This document shows positions 28,691 to 38,826 of a stretch of DNA of 64,000 nucleotides, piece after piece. The position numbers and the translations under genes were made by a program. The DNA is from Gemmatimonadaceae bacterium (GTDB taxonomy: Bacteria; Gemmatimonadota; Gemmatimonadetes; Gemmatimonadales; Gemmatimonadaceae): positions 867,930 to 931,929 of the forward strand of contig JBHYGA010000004.1 of NCBI GenBank assembly GCA_051859245.1, given 5' to 3'. Position 1 is the first letter of the stretch; each line of letters begins with the position of its first letter. Below the pieces are notes generated by a model. That model saw nothing but the letters and a program-made list of their open reading frames with translations. It made no database searches and was not told the DNA's origin.

Positions 28691-29225
28691 TGATTGCGGC
28701 GTCGAGATTCTGTGTTCCACCAACGCCGGTGTACACCACCTTACCCGCCTTGTCGATCAGCACCACGTACGATGTGGCCGGCGCGTCATACGCTTCTGAC
28801 GCGTCGCCACGTCGATCGTAGAGAAAAGTGAGCGGTACCTTGAAACGCGCCTGATACGCCTTCACTCGCTCGACGCTTTGATTGAGCGAGACCGCCACGG
28901 CGATGAACTGCACACGATCCTTGTACTTCGTGTGCGCGGCGAGCATGGCCGGCTCGAGCTGTTTGCAGTTGCCGCACCACGTGGCCCAGAACTCGAGCAG
29001 CGTGGGCTTGCCCGCCATGAGTGTGCTGAGCTGCACCGTTTTTCCGTCGAGCGTTTCAAGCGGTGCGTCAGGTGCCGTTGCGCCCACCTTGATGCCGAGG
29101 TCCTGTGCGTACAGCGAGTTGGTCACCATTGGCGTGGCTACCGCGGTGCTGAGCGCGGCAAATGTGACAAGTGCGGTTCGCATGAGGAAGCGCGAGAGCC
29201 GGACCACCGGAAGAGCGAAGCGCAT
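28668..29225 (-). CDS. TlpA-like thiol-disulfide oxidoreductase
   Basis: FWATWCGNC motif; signal/anchor; ATG abuts the stop of the upstream gene. Confidence 0.9.
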   Translation of the reverse strand: MRFALPVVRLSRFLMRTALVTFAALSTAVATPMVTNSLYAQDLGIKVGATAPDAPLETLDGKTVQLSTLMAGKPTLLEFWATWCGNCKQLEPAMLAAHTKYKDRVQFIAVAVSLNQSVERVKAYQARFKVPLTFLYDRRGDASEAYDAPATSYVVLIDKAGKVVYTGVGGTQNLDAAITKALGGL

Positions 29226-29956
29226 TAGAAGTAGACCTGTCCCATCTTGATGAGGTAATACTCGGCCATCGCGAGCATCACGATGCCAAAGCCTTTTTTG
29301 ACGTACACCATCCACATGCCGGCGCGCGGAAGTCGCGACACCGTACCTGCAGACAGACCCACAATCACCAGCAGTGCGCACATACCAAGCGAAAACGCGA
29401 ACAGGTACACAAATCCAAGTCCGGCGCTCTGCGTGGCGCTCACCCACGTGAGTACGGCGGCCATCACCGGCGCCGAACAGGGCGCCGCGACCAGCCCCGA
29501 CGCTGCACCCATGATGAACGCGCCGGCCGCCCGTCCGCCGGTTCCGGCCGTGGCCGCGCGTTGCACCAGAAATGACGGCAATCGTACCGGAATCACGTCA
29601 AACATCGACAGCGCGGCCAGCATGAGCAGGTTCGCCATGGCAAAGTAGGCCCACGGATTGCTGCTCACCGCACCGAACATCGTACCCGTGAGGCCGGCCA
29701 GAAGTCCCAGACCGGCGTAGACCGCCGCGAGGCCGAGCACGTAGGCGCCGGTGAGCGCGGCGGTACGCCAACGCGGTGGCGGGGCCACGGTCGGGTCGTG
29801 CGTTCCGCCGAGATTCTGTCCGCCCACGATGGCGGCCGTGATCGGGATCATCGGGTACACGCAGGGCGTGAGACTGGTGAGCACGCCCGCGGCAAAGAGC
29901 AGCGGGATGGCCGTGAGCGGAGAACCGGAGAGTTGGGCGGCGACGTCAATCTGCAT
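29225..29956 (-). CDS. CcdA/DsbD transmembrane-domain protein
   Basis: LTPCVYPMIP and APCSAP motifs; LPRAGMWM. Confidence 0.9.
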   Translation of the reverse strand: MQIDVAAQLSGSPLTAIPLLFAAGVLTSLTPCVYPMIPITAAIVGGQNLGGTHDPTVAPPPRWRTAALTGAYVLGLAAVYAGLGLLAGLTGTMFGAVSSNPWAYFAMANLLMLAALSMFDVIPVRLPSFLVQRAATAGTGGRAAGAFIMGAASGLVAAPCSAPVMAAVLTWVSATQSAGLGFVYLFAFSLGMCALLVIVGLSAGTVSRLPRAGMWMVYVKKGFGIVMLAMAEYYLIKMGQVYF

Positions 29957-30059
29957 AAGAGAAACATATGGATGCGCTGGGACGATCGTTCCCCCCGCCG
30001 TTAGTTTTCAGGGCTAGCGCGGGGTTGCCCCGCTTACGTCCCCAGCAGACAGGTTCCGC

Positions 30060-31727
30060 ATGGCTCCGCAGTTCATCTACGTGATGAAAGGATTGCGCAA
30101 GGTTGTTCCGCCTTCGCGCATCATTCTCGACGACATCTGGCTCTCGTTTTACCCTGGCGCAAAGATCGGCGTACTCGGCCCCAATGGTGCGGGTAAATCG
30201 TCGCTGCTGCGCATCATGGCGGGCGTGGACAACGAGTTTCAGGGCGAAGCGTGGGCGCACAAAGGCACGCGCATCGGCTATCTCTCGCAGGAGCCCGAGC
30301 TTGATGCGTCGCTCGACGTGCGCGGCAACGTGGAGCTGGCCGTGAAGCCGTATCGCGACGCGATGAATCAGTTCAATGACATCTCCATGAAGTTCGCCGA
30401 GCCGGATGCGGACTTTGACGCGCTCATGGAAAAGCAGGGCAAGCTGCAGGAATACATCGACCAGCATGACCTCTGGAATCTTGACAACAAGATCGAAGTG
30501 GCCATGGATGCGTTGCGCTTGCCGCCGGGTGATGCCGCGGTCACCCATCTGTCTGGTGGTGAGAAACGCCGCGTAGCACTCTGTCGCATTCTGCTCGAAG
30601 AGCCGGACATGCTGTTGCTCGACGAACCCACCAACCATCTTGACGCCGAAAGCGTGGCCTGGTTGGAGCATTATCTCGAGAAATTCCCGGGAACGGTTGT
30701 GGCCATCACCCACGATCGATACTTCCTCGACAACGTGGCCAAGTGGATTCTCGAGCTCGATCGCGGCAAAGGCGTGCCGTACGAGGGCAACTACAGCGGT
30801 TGGCTGGAGCAAAAGCAGGAACGTCTCAAGCTCGAAGAAAAGCACGCCAGCGCGCGTCAGAAAACACTCGAGAAGGAACTCGAGTGGGTGCGCATGTCGC
30901 CCAAGGCGCGACAGGCCAAGAACAAGGCCCGCTTGCAGGCCTACGAGGATTTGGCGAGCGAAGCGCAGAACGATCGCATCATGCAGAACGAAATCGTGAT
31001 TCCACCGGCGCCGCGACTGGGCAACGATGTGGTCATCGCGAAGAAGTTGCGCAAGGCGTTTGGCGACAAACTGCTGTTCGACAATCTGTCGTTTGATTTG
31101 CCGCGTGCTGGTATCGTTGGCATTATCGGCCCGAACGGTGCTGGTAAAACCACGCTGTTCCGTATGATCAACGGACTGGAGCAGCCGGACGACGGTGCGC
31201 TCAAGGTTGGTGATACGGTGCAGATCTCGTATCAGGATCAGCAGCGCACACTTGAAGGCAAGCGCACGTTGTGGGAAGAAATTTCGGGTGGACGCGAAAT
31301 GATTCCCGTTGGCAAGCGCGAGCTCAACTCACGCGCGTATGCGGCGAGCTTTGGATTCCGTGGTGCGGATCAGCAGAAGCTCGTGGCCAACATGTCAGGC
31401 GGTGAGCGCAACCGATTGCATCTGGCGAAAACGCTCATGCAAGGCGGCAACTTGTTGCTGCTCGACGAACCCACGAACGATCTTGACGTGGACACGTTGC
31501 GTGCGCTGGAAGACGCGGTGCTCGATTTCAGCGGTTGCGCCGTCATCATCTCTCACGATCGTTGGTTCCTCGATCGTGTGGCCACGCACATTCTGGCGTT
31601 CGAAGGCGACTCCGAAACCGTGTGGTTCGAAGGCAACTATCAGGCCTACATTGAAGATCTCAAGCGTCGCAAAGGTGCTGACGCTGATCAGCCACATCGC
31701 ATCAAGTACAAGAAGCTGGTGCGATAA
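30060..31727 (+). CDS. ettA: Energy-dependent translational throttle protein (ABC-F)
   Basis: 555 aa; LSFYPGAKIGVLGPNGAGKS; two ABC domains; ELEWVR..PKARQAK; PHRIKYKKL at the C-terminus. Confidence 0.96.
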   Translation: MAPQFIYVMKGLRKVVPPSRIILDDIWLSFYPGAKIGVLGPNGAGKSSLLRIMAGVDNEFQGEAWAHKGTRIGYLSQEPELDASLDVRGNVELAVKPYRDAMNQFNDISMKFAEPDADFDALMEKQGKLQEYIDQHDLWNLDNKIEVAMDALRLPPGDAAVTHLSGGEKRRVALCRILLEEPDMLLLDEPTNHLDAESVAWLEHYLEKFPGTVVAITHDRYFLDNVAKWILELDRGKGVPYEGNYSGWLEQKQERLKLEEKHASARQKTLEKELEWVRMSPKARQAKNKARLQAYEDLASEAQNDRIMQNEIVIPPAPRLGNDVVIAKKLRKAFGDKLLFDNLSFDLPRAGIVGIIGPNGAGKTTLFRMINGLEQPDDGALKVGDTVQISYQDQQRTLEGKRTLWEEISGGREMIPVGKRELNSRAYAASFGFRGADQQKLVANMSGGERNRLHLAKTLMQGGNLLLLDEPTNDLDVDTLRALEDAVLDFSGCAVIISHDRWFLDRVATHILAFEGDSETVWFEGNYQAYIEDLKRRKGADADQPHRIKYKKLVR

Positions 31728-31750
31728 TACGGCGTGACCGCAGCGCGCTG

Positions 31751-34081
31751 TTACGTGAGCATCGTCTCGCGAATGGCGCGCTGCAGGTCGGTGGTACTGT
31801 ACGGTTTTTTTAGAAATCGGGCATCACCACGAGCCACGATTTCGTGAATCACACCCGCGGCATCAAAGCCGCTCGACATCAGCACCGGCGTATCAACGCC
31901 GCGCGAGCGCAGTGCTTCAAGGCAGCGATCGCCGCTCATGACCGGCATCGACAGATCGAGCAGAATGCAAGAGACCGTATCCTTGAAGGACGCGATCTTC
32001 TTGAGTGCGTCTTCACCGTCGCAGGCTTCAATCACCGCAAATCCGGCCCGCTCCAGCGTGCGACGCGCCGCGGTTCGCACGGTTGCCTCGTCGTCTACCA
32101 CGAGCACGGTGCCCACGCCGCGCCATTCCTGATCCGGCAGTTCGATCGTTTTGCGAACGGTCGCCGCAGCGCGCGACAGCGGGAGCAACACACGAATCGT
32201 GGTGCCGAATCCTGGCGCTGACCGCACATCAATCGCGCCGCGGTGCATGTTCAGAATACCGAGTGTTGCAGAGAGCCCGAGGCCGCGTCCGGAGTTCTTC
32301 GTGGTGAAGAACGGGTCGAACATGCGTTCAAGGACGTCGCTGCTCATACCCGCACCGCTATCGCTCACCGTAACACTCGCATACTCGCCCGCCGCACGAT
32401 CGTGGCCAAGAATGCAGCGCGAGAGTTGTTCGCTCGACAGGTATTCCTGCCGCGTATGAATTGTGACGCGGCCGCCGGTTGACCCGGGGTGGGAGGTCAC
32501 CGCGTCGAGCGCGTTGGTGAGCAGGTTCATCACCACGCGGCGCAACTGCGTCTGATCACCGTCAACCAATAGCGTGTCGGCTTCGGTGCTGGTTTCGATG
32601 GTGATGTCTGCGGTGGGCTGTGAACGCAGCAAGCCCGGGAGCTGCTTTGAAAGCTCAACGAGATCGACTGTTTCCGTGTCACCATCAATTCGGCCACCGT
32701 AGGCCATCAATTGCTGTGTCAGATCAGAGGCGCGCTGGGCCGCGACTTCAATGTCACCAAGCATCTCGGCAAGACTGCCGCCCAGCGGAGCCTCCGTACG
32801 TGCCAGCGACGCGTTCGCGAGAACGCCCACAAGCAGATTGTTGAAGTCGTGTGCCACACCGCCAGCCAACAGTCCGATGGATTCGAGCTTTTGTGCCTGT
32901 CGGAGGCGGGCTTGCAGTTGCGCCCGTTCTTCATCGGCGTGATGCTGCTCGGTTGTGTCGAGCACTGAGCCCACGTGACCCATGACGACGCCGTCAGTGG
33001 AAATGAGCGGCTGTGTGCGCACCCGCATCCACCGTGTTTCGCCGCGCACAAGGATGCGGTATTCCGCGTCAAACGGATCCGCGGTGCCCACGGATCGTTC
33101 GTTGGCGGCAACTACCTGTTGCAGGTCTTCCGGATGCACACGCTTCAACCATTCAAGCCCGACGAACTGCTCAAACGTTTGATCAAACCAATCGAGCAAG
33201 CGCTGATTCACGTAGGTCGGTACGCCCGAGCGATCGGTAAGAAACACCCCCGTCGGTGACGACTCGGCGAGTGTTCTGAATCGTGCTTCACGTTCAATGA
33301 GTGCACGTTCGGCCGACCGAACCGCGGTGACATCCTGCATGGTGCCGATCATGCGTGCCGGCGCACCGGACGGATCGTGCTCAACGCGCCCACGTGAGTG
33401 GAGCACCGCGAGGGACCCGTCGCCGAGCCGCGCCGGAATTTCAAGATCGTAGGGCTCGCCACTTTCCAGCGCCAACGTGACATGCTGCAGGAATCGCTCC
33501 CGATGCAGGTCGTCAACGGCGAGGCCGAGCACCTGGTCGAATGTTGGCGCTGCATCGGGTGACATGCGCAGCAGCCGATAGGTCTCCCTCGACCACCGCA
33601 CCTCTCCCGTGCTCACACGCCACGACCAGCTCCCGATGCCGGCCAGTCGCTCAGCGTCTTCAAGCTGCAAGCGGAGTCGTTCCATGCGTCGCTCGAGCGT
33701 GTATTCGTCGGTGATATCAACGACGGTGCCGAGCAGGCGACGTGTACCGTTCTCGCCGAAAAACGTGCGACCCCGCACGCGCATCCAGCGACGCACGCCG
33801 TCGTTTCGTCGCGTCACGCGAATGACTTCTTCGTACGACGTACCAGGCTGCTCTGCGGCGCGCGCGGCCGCGTCGAGCCGTAGCAGGTCTGGCGCGTCGA
33901 CGCAGGCGCGAATTGTGGCTACCGCGTTGGTGCCCACCGGACTGTCTACGCCGAAAATTTCCAGTGTGCGCGCTGATACCACCGACGCGCCGCCGTCGCG
34001 GCGCAGCTCCCAGTAGCCGGCGCCGGTTGCTTCGAGCAGCAGCTCGAAGCGTTCGCTGTTAGAATCGGATTGCGAATCCAC
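31751..34081 (-). CDS. Multi-PAS hybrid sensor histidine kinase/receiver
   Basis: Three PAS/PAC-like segments, [23 protein letters not shown], receiver. GTG 34081 chosen as start because the longer ORF overlaps the divergent gene. Confidence 0.9.
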   Translation of the reverse strand: MDSQSDSNSERFELLLEATGAGYWELRRDGGASVVSARTLEIFGVDSPVGTNAVATIRACVDAPDLLRLDAAARAAEQPGTSYEEVIRVTRRNDGVRRWMRVRGRTFFGENGTRRLLGTVVDITDEYTLERRMERLRLQLEDAERLAGIGSWSWRVSTGEVRWSRETYRLLRMSPDAAPTFDQVLGLAVDDLHRERFLQHVTLALESGEPYDLEIPARLGDGSLAVLHSRGRVEHDPSGAPARMIGTMQDVTAVRSAERALIEREARFRTLAESSPTGVFLTDRSGVPTYVNQRLLDWFDQTFEQFVGLEWLKRVHPEDLQQVVAANERSVGTADPFDAEYRILVRGETRWMRVRTQPLISTDGVVMGHVGSVLDTTEQHHADEERAQLQARLRQAQKLESIGLLAGGVAHDFNNLLVGVLANASLARTEAPLGGSLAEMLGDIEVAAQRASDLTQQLMAYGGRIDGDTETVDLVELSKQLPGLLRSQPTADITIETSTEADTLLVDGDQTQLRRVVMNLLTNALDAVTSHPGSTGGRVTIHTRQEYLSSEQLSRCILGHDRAAGEYASVTVSDSGAGMSSDVLERMFDPFFTTKNSGRGLGLSATLGILNMHRGAIDVRSAPGFGTTIRVLLPLSRAAATVRKTIELPDQEWRGVGTVLVVDDEATVRTAARRTLERAGFAVIEACDGEDALKKIASFKDTVSCILLDLSMPVMSGDRCLEALRSRGVDTPVLMSSGFDAAGVIHEIVARGDARFLKKPYSTTDLQRAIRETMLT

Positions 34082-34150
34082 GGTTAGACGATACCTGTCA
34101 TCCGCCTGAATCGACAGGGCCACCCCGACTTTCACTCTGCAGGAGCCCGA

Positions 34151-35494
34151 TTGTCCAGCCAAACCGGCTCGCGTTTTCCGCATCCCATGGTGCTCCTGCT
34201 GGGCGCAGTGATGGTGGCCGCGGCTGCAACCTGGGTGCTGCCCGCTGGGGAATACGACCGCGAGGTGAAAGAGGGCACGTCGCGCGAAGTCGTGGTGCCC
34301 GGCACCTATCATCAGGTTGACGCGGCGCCCGTTGGTCCGGCGGCAGCGGTGCTTGCGGTGCCCAGAGGAATCGTCGCGGGCGCGGACGTTGTGGTGGTGA
34401 TTCTGTTTGTTGGCGGCGCGTTTGCCATGCTCGAACGTACCGGCGCCCTCGGTCGACTGGTTGGCGGATTGGTTGGTCGCACGACGCGTCCTCGACTCGT
34501 CGTGGTCTTCGTCTCGCTGCTGTTCGCCACGCTTGGTGCGCTCGTCAACGTGCACGAAGAAATTATTGCGCTTGTTCCAGTGCTGGTGGTGCTCAGTCGT
34601 GGACTTGGTTTTGGTTCGCTCACCGCGCTTGGCATGAGCGTGGGCGCTGCGGTCACGGGTTCAGCCTTCGGTCCGACAAATCCCTTCGCCTCCGGCATTG
34701 CCAATCGCTTCTCCGAATTGCCGTTGGGCGCGGGTGTCGGAATTCGCAGTGCGATCACGGTGGTCGCGGTGACGGTGTGGATTCTCTACGTGTTGTGGCA
34801 GAGCACGCGAGATGACGTGCATCCCGCGAGCGTGAACGTTGACACGTCATCGCCACCTTCGGTGCGCGACGGTGTGTTGCTCGCGCTCTTATTAATCCCC
34901 TTTGTGCCGTACGTTGCGGGCGTGATCTGGCGTGACTGGGGATTCAACGAGCTCTCCGCCGTGTTTCTCGTAGCGGCGTTTGCGGTTGGGCTGACGGCGC
35001 GGCTTGGCGTGCGCGGGACCATGGTCGAATACCTCAAGGGCATGGACGCGTTGCTGTCCGCTGCGCTGTTTGTGGGTGTGGCGCGCGCGATCTCTGTCGT
35101 GCTCGCCGACGGCCGCGTGATCGACACGATCGTGTACGGGTTGTCCAAGCCACTGGAGCATGTGCCCGGCGCGTTGGCGGCGGGTTTGATGGTGCCGGTG
35201 CACATGCTGTTGCACGTGCCGGTGATGTCGAACAGTGGACAGGCGGCGCTCGTGATGCCAATCATGGCGCCGTTAGCCGACCTGTTGGGATTCTCACGGG
35301 AAATCGCCGTCCTCGCGTTTCTCACGGGCGCGCCGACGATGGATCTGCTGGTGCCCACGAACGGCGCGTTGCTTGCGATGCTGGTGGCGGGCGGTGTGCC
35401 ATACACGCGATGGCTGCGCTACGCGATACCCGGTAGCCTACTCGTGGTGCTCGTTGGGTTGCTCGGCATCGGCTTCTCGTTCGCGCTCGGGTGA
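34151..35494 (+). CDS. YfcC-family membrane transporter
   Basis: [42 protein letters not shown]. Confidence 0.88.
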   Translation: MSSQTGSRFPHPMVLLLGAVMVAAAATWVLPAGEYDREVKEGTSREVVVPGTYHQVDAAPVGPAAAVLAVPRGIVAGADVVVVILFVGGAFAMLERTGALGRLVGGLVGRTTRPRLVVVFVSLLFATLGALVNVHEEIIALVPVLVVLSRGLGFGSLTALGMSVGAAVTGSAFGPTNPFASGIANRFSELPLGAGVGIRSAITVVAVTVWILYVLWQSTRDDVHPASVNVDTSSPPSVRDGVLLALLLIPFVPYVAGVIWRDWGFNELSAVFLVAAFAVGLTARLGVRGTMVEYLKGMDALLSAALFVGVARAISVVLADGRVIDTIVYGLSKPLEHVPGALAAGLMVPVHMLLHVPVMSNSGQAALVMPIMAPLADLLGFSREIAVLAFLTGAPTMDLLVPTNGALLAMLVAGGVPYTRWLRYAIPGSLLVVLVGLLGIGFSFALG

Positions 35495-35743
35495 CACAAC
35501 GTTGTTCGCTTTGGTCTTGCGAGGGTGCGTGGCTGAATGCACGTACAACGATTCCACCTTTGCGCGCGCCCACGGTGTCTTTCGCAAGAACTTCAGCGAC
35601 GACGGAACACTGGGATCGTGCGTAAAGCACCGAATGTCGATGCGATCGCCGAGCCCGTCCCATCCGTAACGGTCTACCAGGTGTTCAATCATGGCCTGCA
35701 GCGTGACGCCGTGCAGCGGATCAACTCGTCGTGGTTCAGTCAT
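35438..35743 (-). CDS. VF530/DUF2132-family small protein
   Basis: [45 protein letters not shown]. Confidence 0.9.
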   Translation of the reverse strand: MTEPRRVDPLHGVTLQAMIEHLVDRYGWDGLGDRIDIRCFTHDPSVPSSLKFLRKTPWARAKVESLYVHSATHPRKTKANNVVSPEREREADAEQPNEHHE

Positions 35744-35876
35744 CCCGAATGGTATCGCGTCGCGTCCCTTCCGACAGCCGTCTGGCACGGCGGCGTTGCC
35801 CTGCGGCTCCGATCGATGCACGATCAAACACGGCCCGTTTGCTCCCTCCCGCCGAATACTTCAGCCCAGGCATCCC

Positions 35877-36878
35877 ATGCGCGTCTTGCTCGCCATCGCG
35901 GCGCTTTCCGCCGTCGCCGCTGCGACCCTGCAGGCTCAGTCAGCCTCACTGGTGCTGGTGGCCAATCAGGGCTCACGATCCGCGACGCTGATAGACGTCG
36001 CCAGTGGTGCGTCCACAGAGATCATCGTTGGTGCCGGTCCGCACGAGGCCGCCATTTTGCCCGGGGCGAAGCTCGGTGTGGTGACGGTGTACGGCGTGAG
36101 CGGTGCGCCGGGCAATCAGCTGGCGATCATTGATCTCGAGAAACGATCGCTCGCTCGCATGATTGATCTCGGGCAGTACACGCGCCCGCATGGCGTGGTC
36201 CCGGTGCCGGGCAAGCCGGAGCTGGTGGCGGTTACGTCTGAATCCACACGCAATCTGGTCGTAGTGAACGTGAACACAGGTGCGATTGAACGAGCCATGG
36301 AAACGCAGGCTGGCGGCTCGCACATGGCCGCGTTGCCCATTCGAGGCTCGGCGGCCGGCACACGCGCCTATACGGCCAACATTCCCGACGGCTCGATGAC
36401 CGAGTTCGATCTGACGCGTGGGGCATTCACCCGCGTGATTCCGGTGTCGAGCATGACGGAAGGCATTGCCGTCACACCCGATGGTGCCGAAGTCTGGATG
36501 GGGAGCAACAATCGAAGCATTGTGTCGGTGGTGGATATTGCGCGTGGCGCGGTTGTCGATACGATTGTGGGCTTCCAGTTTCCCTATCGCATCGGTATCT
36601 CACCCGATGGGCGCACCGCCGTTGTGGTTGATCCGCCAGGCGACGCGGTGGTGATTGTTGATGTCGCAACACGCACAGTTCGCGGGCGCATTTCCGGGCT
36701 CGCTTCGCCGCGAGGCGTGTCGATTTCGGCTGACAGCAAAACGGCGATGATTACATCGGCCGGCAGTGCCAGTGTAGTTCTTGTTGATCTGATGGCGCGC
36801 AAGGAAATCAAGCGTTTCCCGGTAGGCACGGCACCAGATGGAGTGGCGTACGTGCCGGACGAACCCAGATACTTATGA
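35877..36878 (+). CDS. Exported YncE/YVTN beta-propeller protein
   Basis: Signal peptide; repeated blades GPHEAA, PHGV, EGIAVTPDG, PYRIGISPDG, VGTAPDGVAY. Confidence 0.85.
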   Translation: MRVLLAIAALSAVAAATLQAQSASLVLVANQGSRSATLIDVASGASTEIIVGAGPHEAAILPGAKLGVVTVYGVSGAPGNQLAIIDLEKRSLARMIDLGQYTRPHGVVPVPGKPELVAVTSESTRNLVVVNVNTGAIERAMETQAGGSHMAALPIRGSAAGTRAYTANIPDGSMTEFDLTRGAFTRVIPVSSMTEGIAVTPDGAEVWMGSNNRSIVSVVDIARGAVVDTIVGFQFPYRIGISPDGRTAVVVDPPGDAVVIVDVATRTVRGRISGLASPRGVSISADSKTAMITSAGSASVVLVDLMARKEIKRFPVGTAPDGVAYVPDEPRYL

Positions 36879-38206
36879 CGGCATCCCTCGATCACGAGCT
36901 CTCACTCGACGCGCTGTGGATGCCGTTTACGGCCAATCGCACGTTCAAGGAGCATCCGCGCCTGCTCGTGTCCGCACGTGACATGCACTACGTGTCTTCT
37001 GACGGACGACAAATTCTCGATGCGGCAGCGGGTCTGTGGTGTGTGAATGCCGGGCATTGTCGCGAGCCGATTGTGCGCGCCGTGCAGCAGGCCGCCAGTA
37101 CACTCGATTTTGCGCCGGCGTTTCAGATGGGACATCCATCGAGTTTTGAACTCGCGTCGGCGCTCGCAAAACTCACACCGCCCGGACTCGACCGGATTTT
37201 CTTTTCGAACTCCGGGTCTGAAGCGGTGGACACGGCGCTCAAGATTGTGCTGGCGTATTGGCGTGCACGCGGACAACCGGAGCGCTCACATTTTGTCGGG
37301 CGATTGCGCGGTTATCATGGCGTAGGATTTGGCGGTATCTCCGTTGGTGGAATCGCGCCCAATCGTGATACGTATGCGGCGCAGCTCCTGCCACACGTGC
37401 ATCATCTGCCTGACACGCACGATCCCGCGCGCAACGCGTTCAGTCGCGGCCAGCCGGAACACGGCGCGGATCGCGCTGATGCATTGCTCGCGCTGATCGA
37501 GCAGGTTGGAGCGGATCGCATTGGTGCGGTGATCGTTGAACCGGTTGCGGCATCAACAGGCGTACTCGTACCGCCGGTAGGGTACCTCGAACGTTTGCGC
37601 AGTATTTGTTCCGCGCATGACATTCTGCTGATCTTTGACGAAGTCATCACAGGATTTGGCCGGCTTGGCGCGGCCTTTGCGGCGCAGCGCTTTGGCGTGA
37701 CACCAGATATCATCACCATGGCCAAGGGGCTCACCAACGGCCTCATTCCGATGGGCGCAACGGCCGTGCGACGCGATATTTACGACACGGTTGTCAACGG
37801 CGCCGGCGCCGGGATTGAGCTCTTTCATGGCTACACGTACTCGGGTCACCCGGTTGCGAGTGCTGCGGGGCTCGCCGCGCTCCAGCTCTACCGTGACGAA
37901 GGACTGTTTGAACGCGCGCGCGACTTGTCTGCGCTCTGGGCGGAGTCCGTACACTCGCTGGCCAACGAACCGCACGTGATTGATGTGCGAACGCTGGGGC
38001 TCGTTGGAGCCGTTGAGCTGAGCAGTCGAGGCCATGAGATCGGGGCGCGAGGCGTGGATGTCATGCAGGCCAGCTTCTGGCGCGAGAACACGCTCATTCG
38101 CGTAACTCGTGATACCATCGCGCTTTCGCCCCCGCTCATCGTGAGCGAGGCACAGATCGAGGCCATTGTGGAGTCGGTGCGCCGGGCGCTGCGAACCCTC
38201 GCCTGA
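36875..38206 (+). CDS. Class III PLP aminotransferase (omega-amino acid/beta-alanine:pyruvate type)
   Basis: WMPFTANR, GLWCVNAGH, SGSEAVDTALK, FDEVITGFGR, AKGLT, HGYTYSGHP. Confidence 0.92.
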   Translation: MTASLDHELSLDALWMPFTANRTFKEHPRLLVSARDMHYVSSDGRQILDAAAGLWCVNAGHCREPIVRAVQQAASTLDFAPAFQMGHPSSFELASALAKLTPPGLDRIFFSNSGSEAVDTALKIVLAYWRARGQPERSHFVGRLRGYHGVGFGGISVGGIAPNRDTYAAQLLPHVHHLPDTHDPARNAFSRGQPEHGADRADALLALIEQVGADRIGAVIVEPVAASTGVLVPPVGYLERLRSICSAHDILLIFDEVITGFGRLGAAFAAQRFGVTPDIITMAKGLTNGLIPMGATAVRRDIYDTVVNGAGAGIELFHGYTYSGHPVASAAGLAALQLYRDEGLFERARDLSALWAESVHSLANEPHVIDVRTLGLVGAVELSSRGHEIGARGVDVMQASFWRENTLIRVTRDTIALSPPLIVSEAQIEAIVESVRRALRTLA

Positions 38207-38289
38207 CCCCTCACGGGATCCCGCGAAAAGCGCTACCTTGGCCTGTAGCAGGCGCTCGGCCTGGCTCTTGGTATGGACCTTACTCGACA

Positions 38290-38706
38290 ATGGTGACGAT
38301 GCGACACGCGCTCATGTACATCGGTGGCTTCGAACGGAACTTCACGAATCTGACGCCAACGACTTCGACCTTTGAGGGCAGTGACGGACAGTCACACCCG
38401 TATCCGGCGTGGCCATCGAGCGCCAACGGCCTGCGCATTGGATATATGGAGAAGGCCGGAAAGAAGTTTGTGGCGGTTCGTGTCGCGGACGACATGGCCG
38501 ATGTTGTGCTCAAGAACGAGGTCGTGCTCGTGCCTGGCACGCATTTTGGCTTTGGTGTGCGTTTGAGCGGTGAACCCACCAACGTGGAAGACAACACCAC
38601 AATTCTTCAGCTGCTCGAAGACATCATCAAAAAGAACGTCGAGATCAGTGAGGAGCTGCTGCTGATGCGCGCGCGCTTCAAAGCCAGCGCGTCGGCGAAG
38701 AAGTAA
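38290..38706 (+). CDS. Hypothetical protein
   Basis: 138-aa ORF with strongly GC-biased third positions; no motif recognised; start 38290 or 38299. Confidence 0.75.
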   Translation: MVTMRHALMYIGGFERNFTNLTPTTSTFEGSDGQSHPYPAWPSSANGLRIGYMEKAGKKFVAVRVADDMADVVLKNEVVLVPGTHFGFGVRLSGEPTNVEDNTTILQLLEDIIKKNVEISEELLLMRARFKASASAKK

Positions 38707-38826
38707 TCGAACACAGGGCGCTTGCGGGGCACTCTGGGGTAACAGGGAAGCGGATCTCGATCCGCGATCAATCGGTCTCGTCAATGCAGACGCCCGGTGA
38801 TCCTCCCTTCACACTCAGGAGTGCCC

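Noticed and set aside
34082..34555. 158-aa N-terminal extension of the hybrid kinase ORF
   Set aside because: Overlaps the divergent YfcC gene; PAS-like sequence begins only after GTG 34081.
38757..38771. FNR box upstream of the baeRF gene (TCGAT-N5-ATCAA)
   Set aside because: Spacer is 5 nt rather than 4 and the left half-site mismatches.
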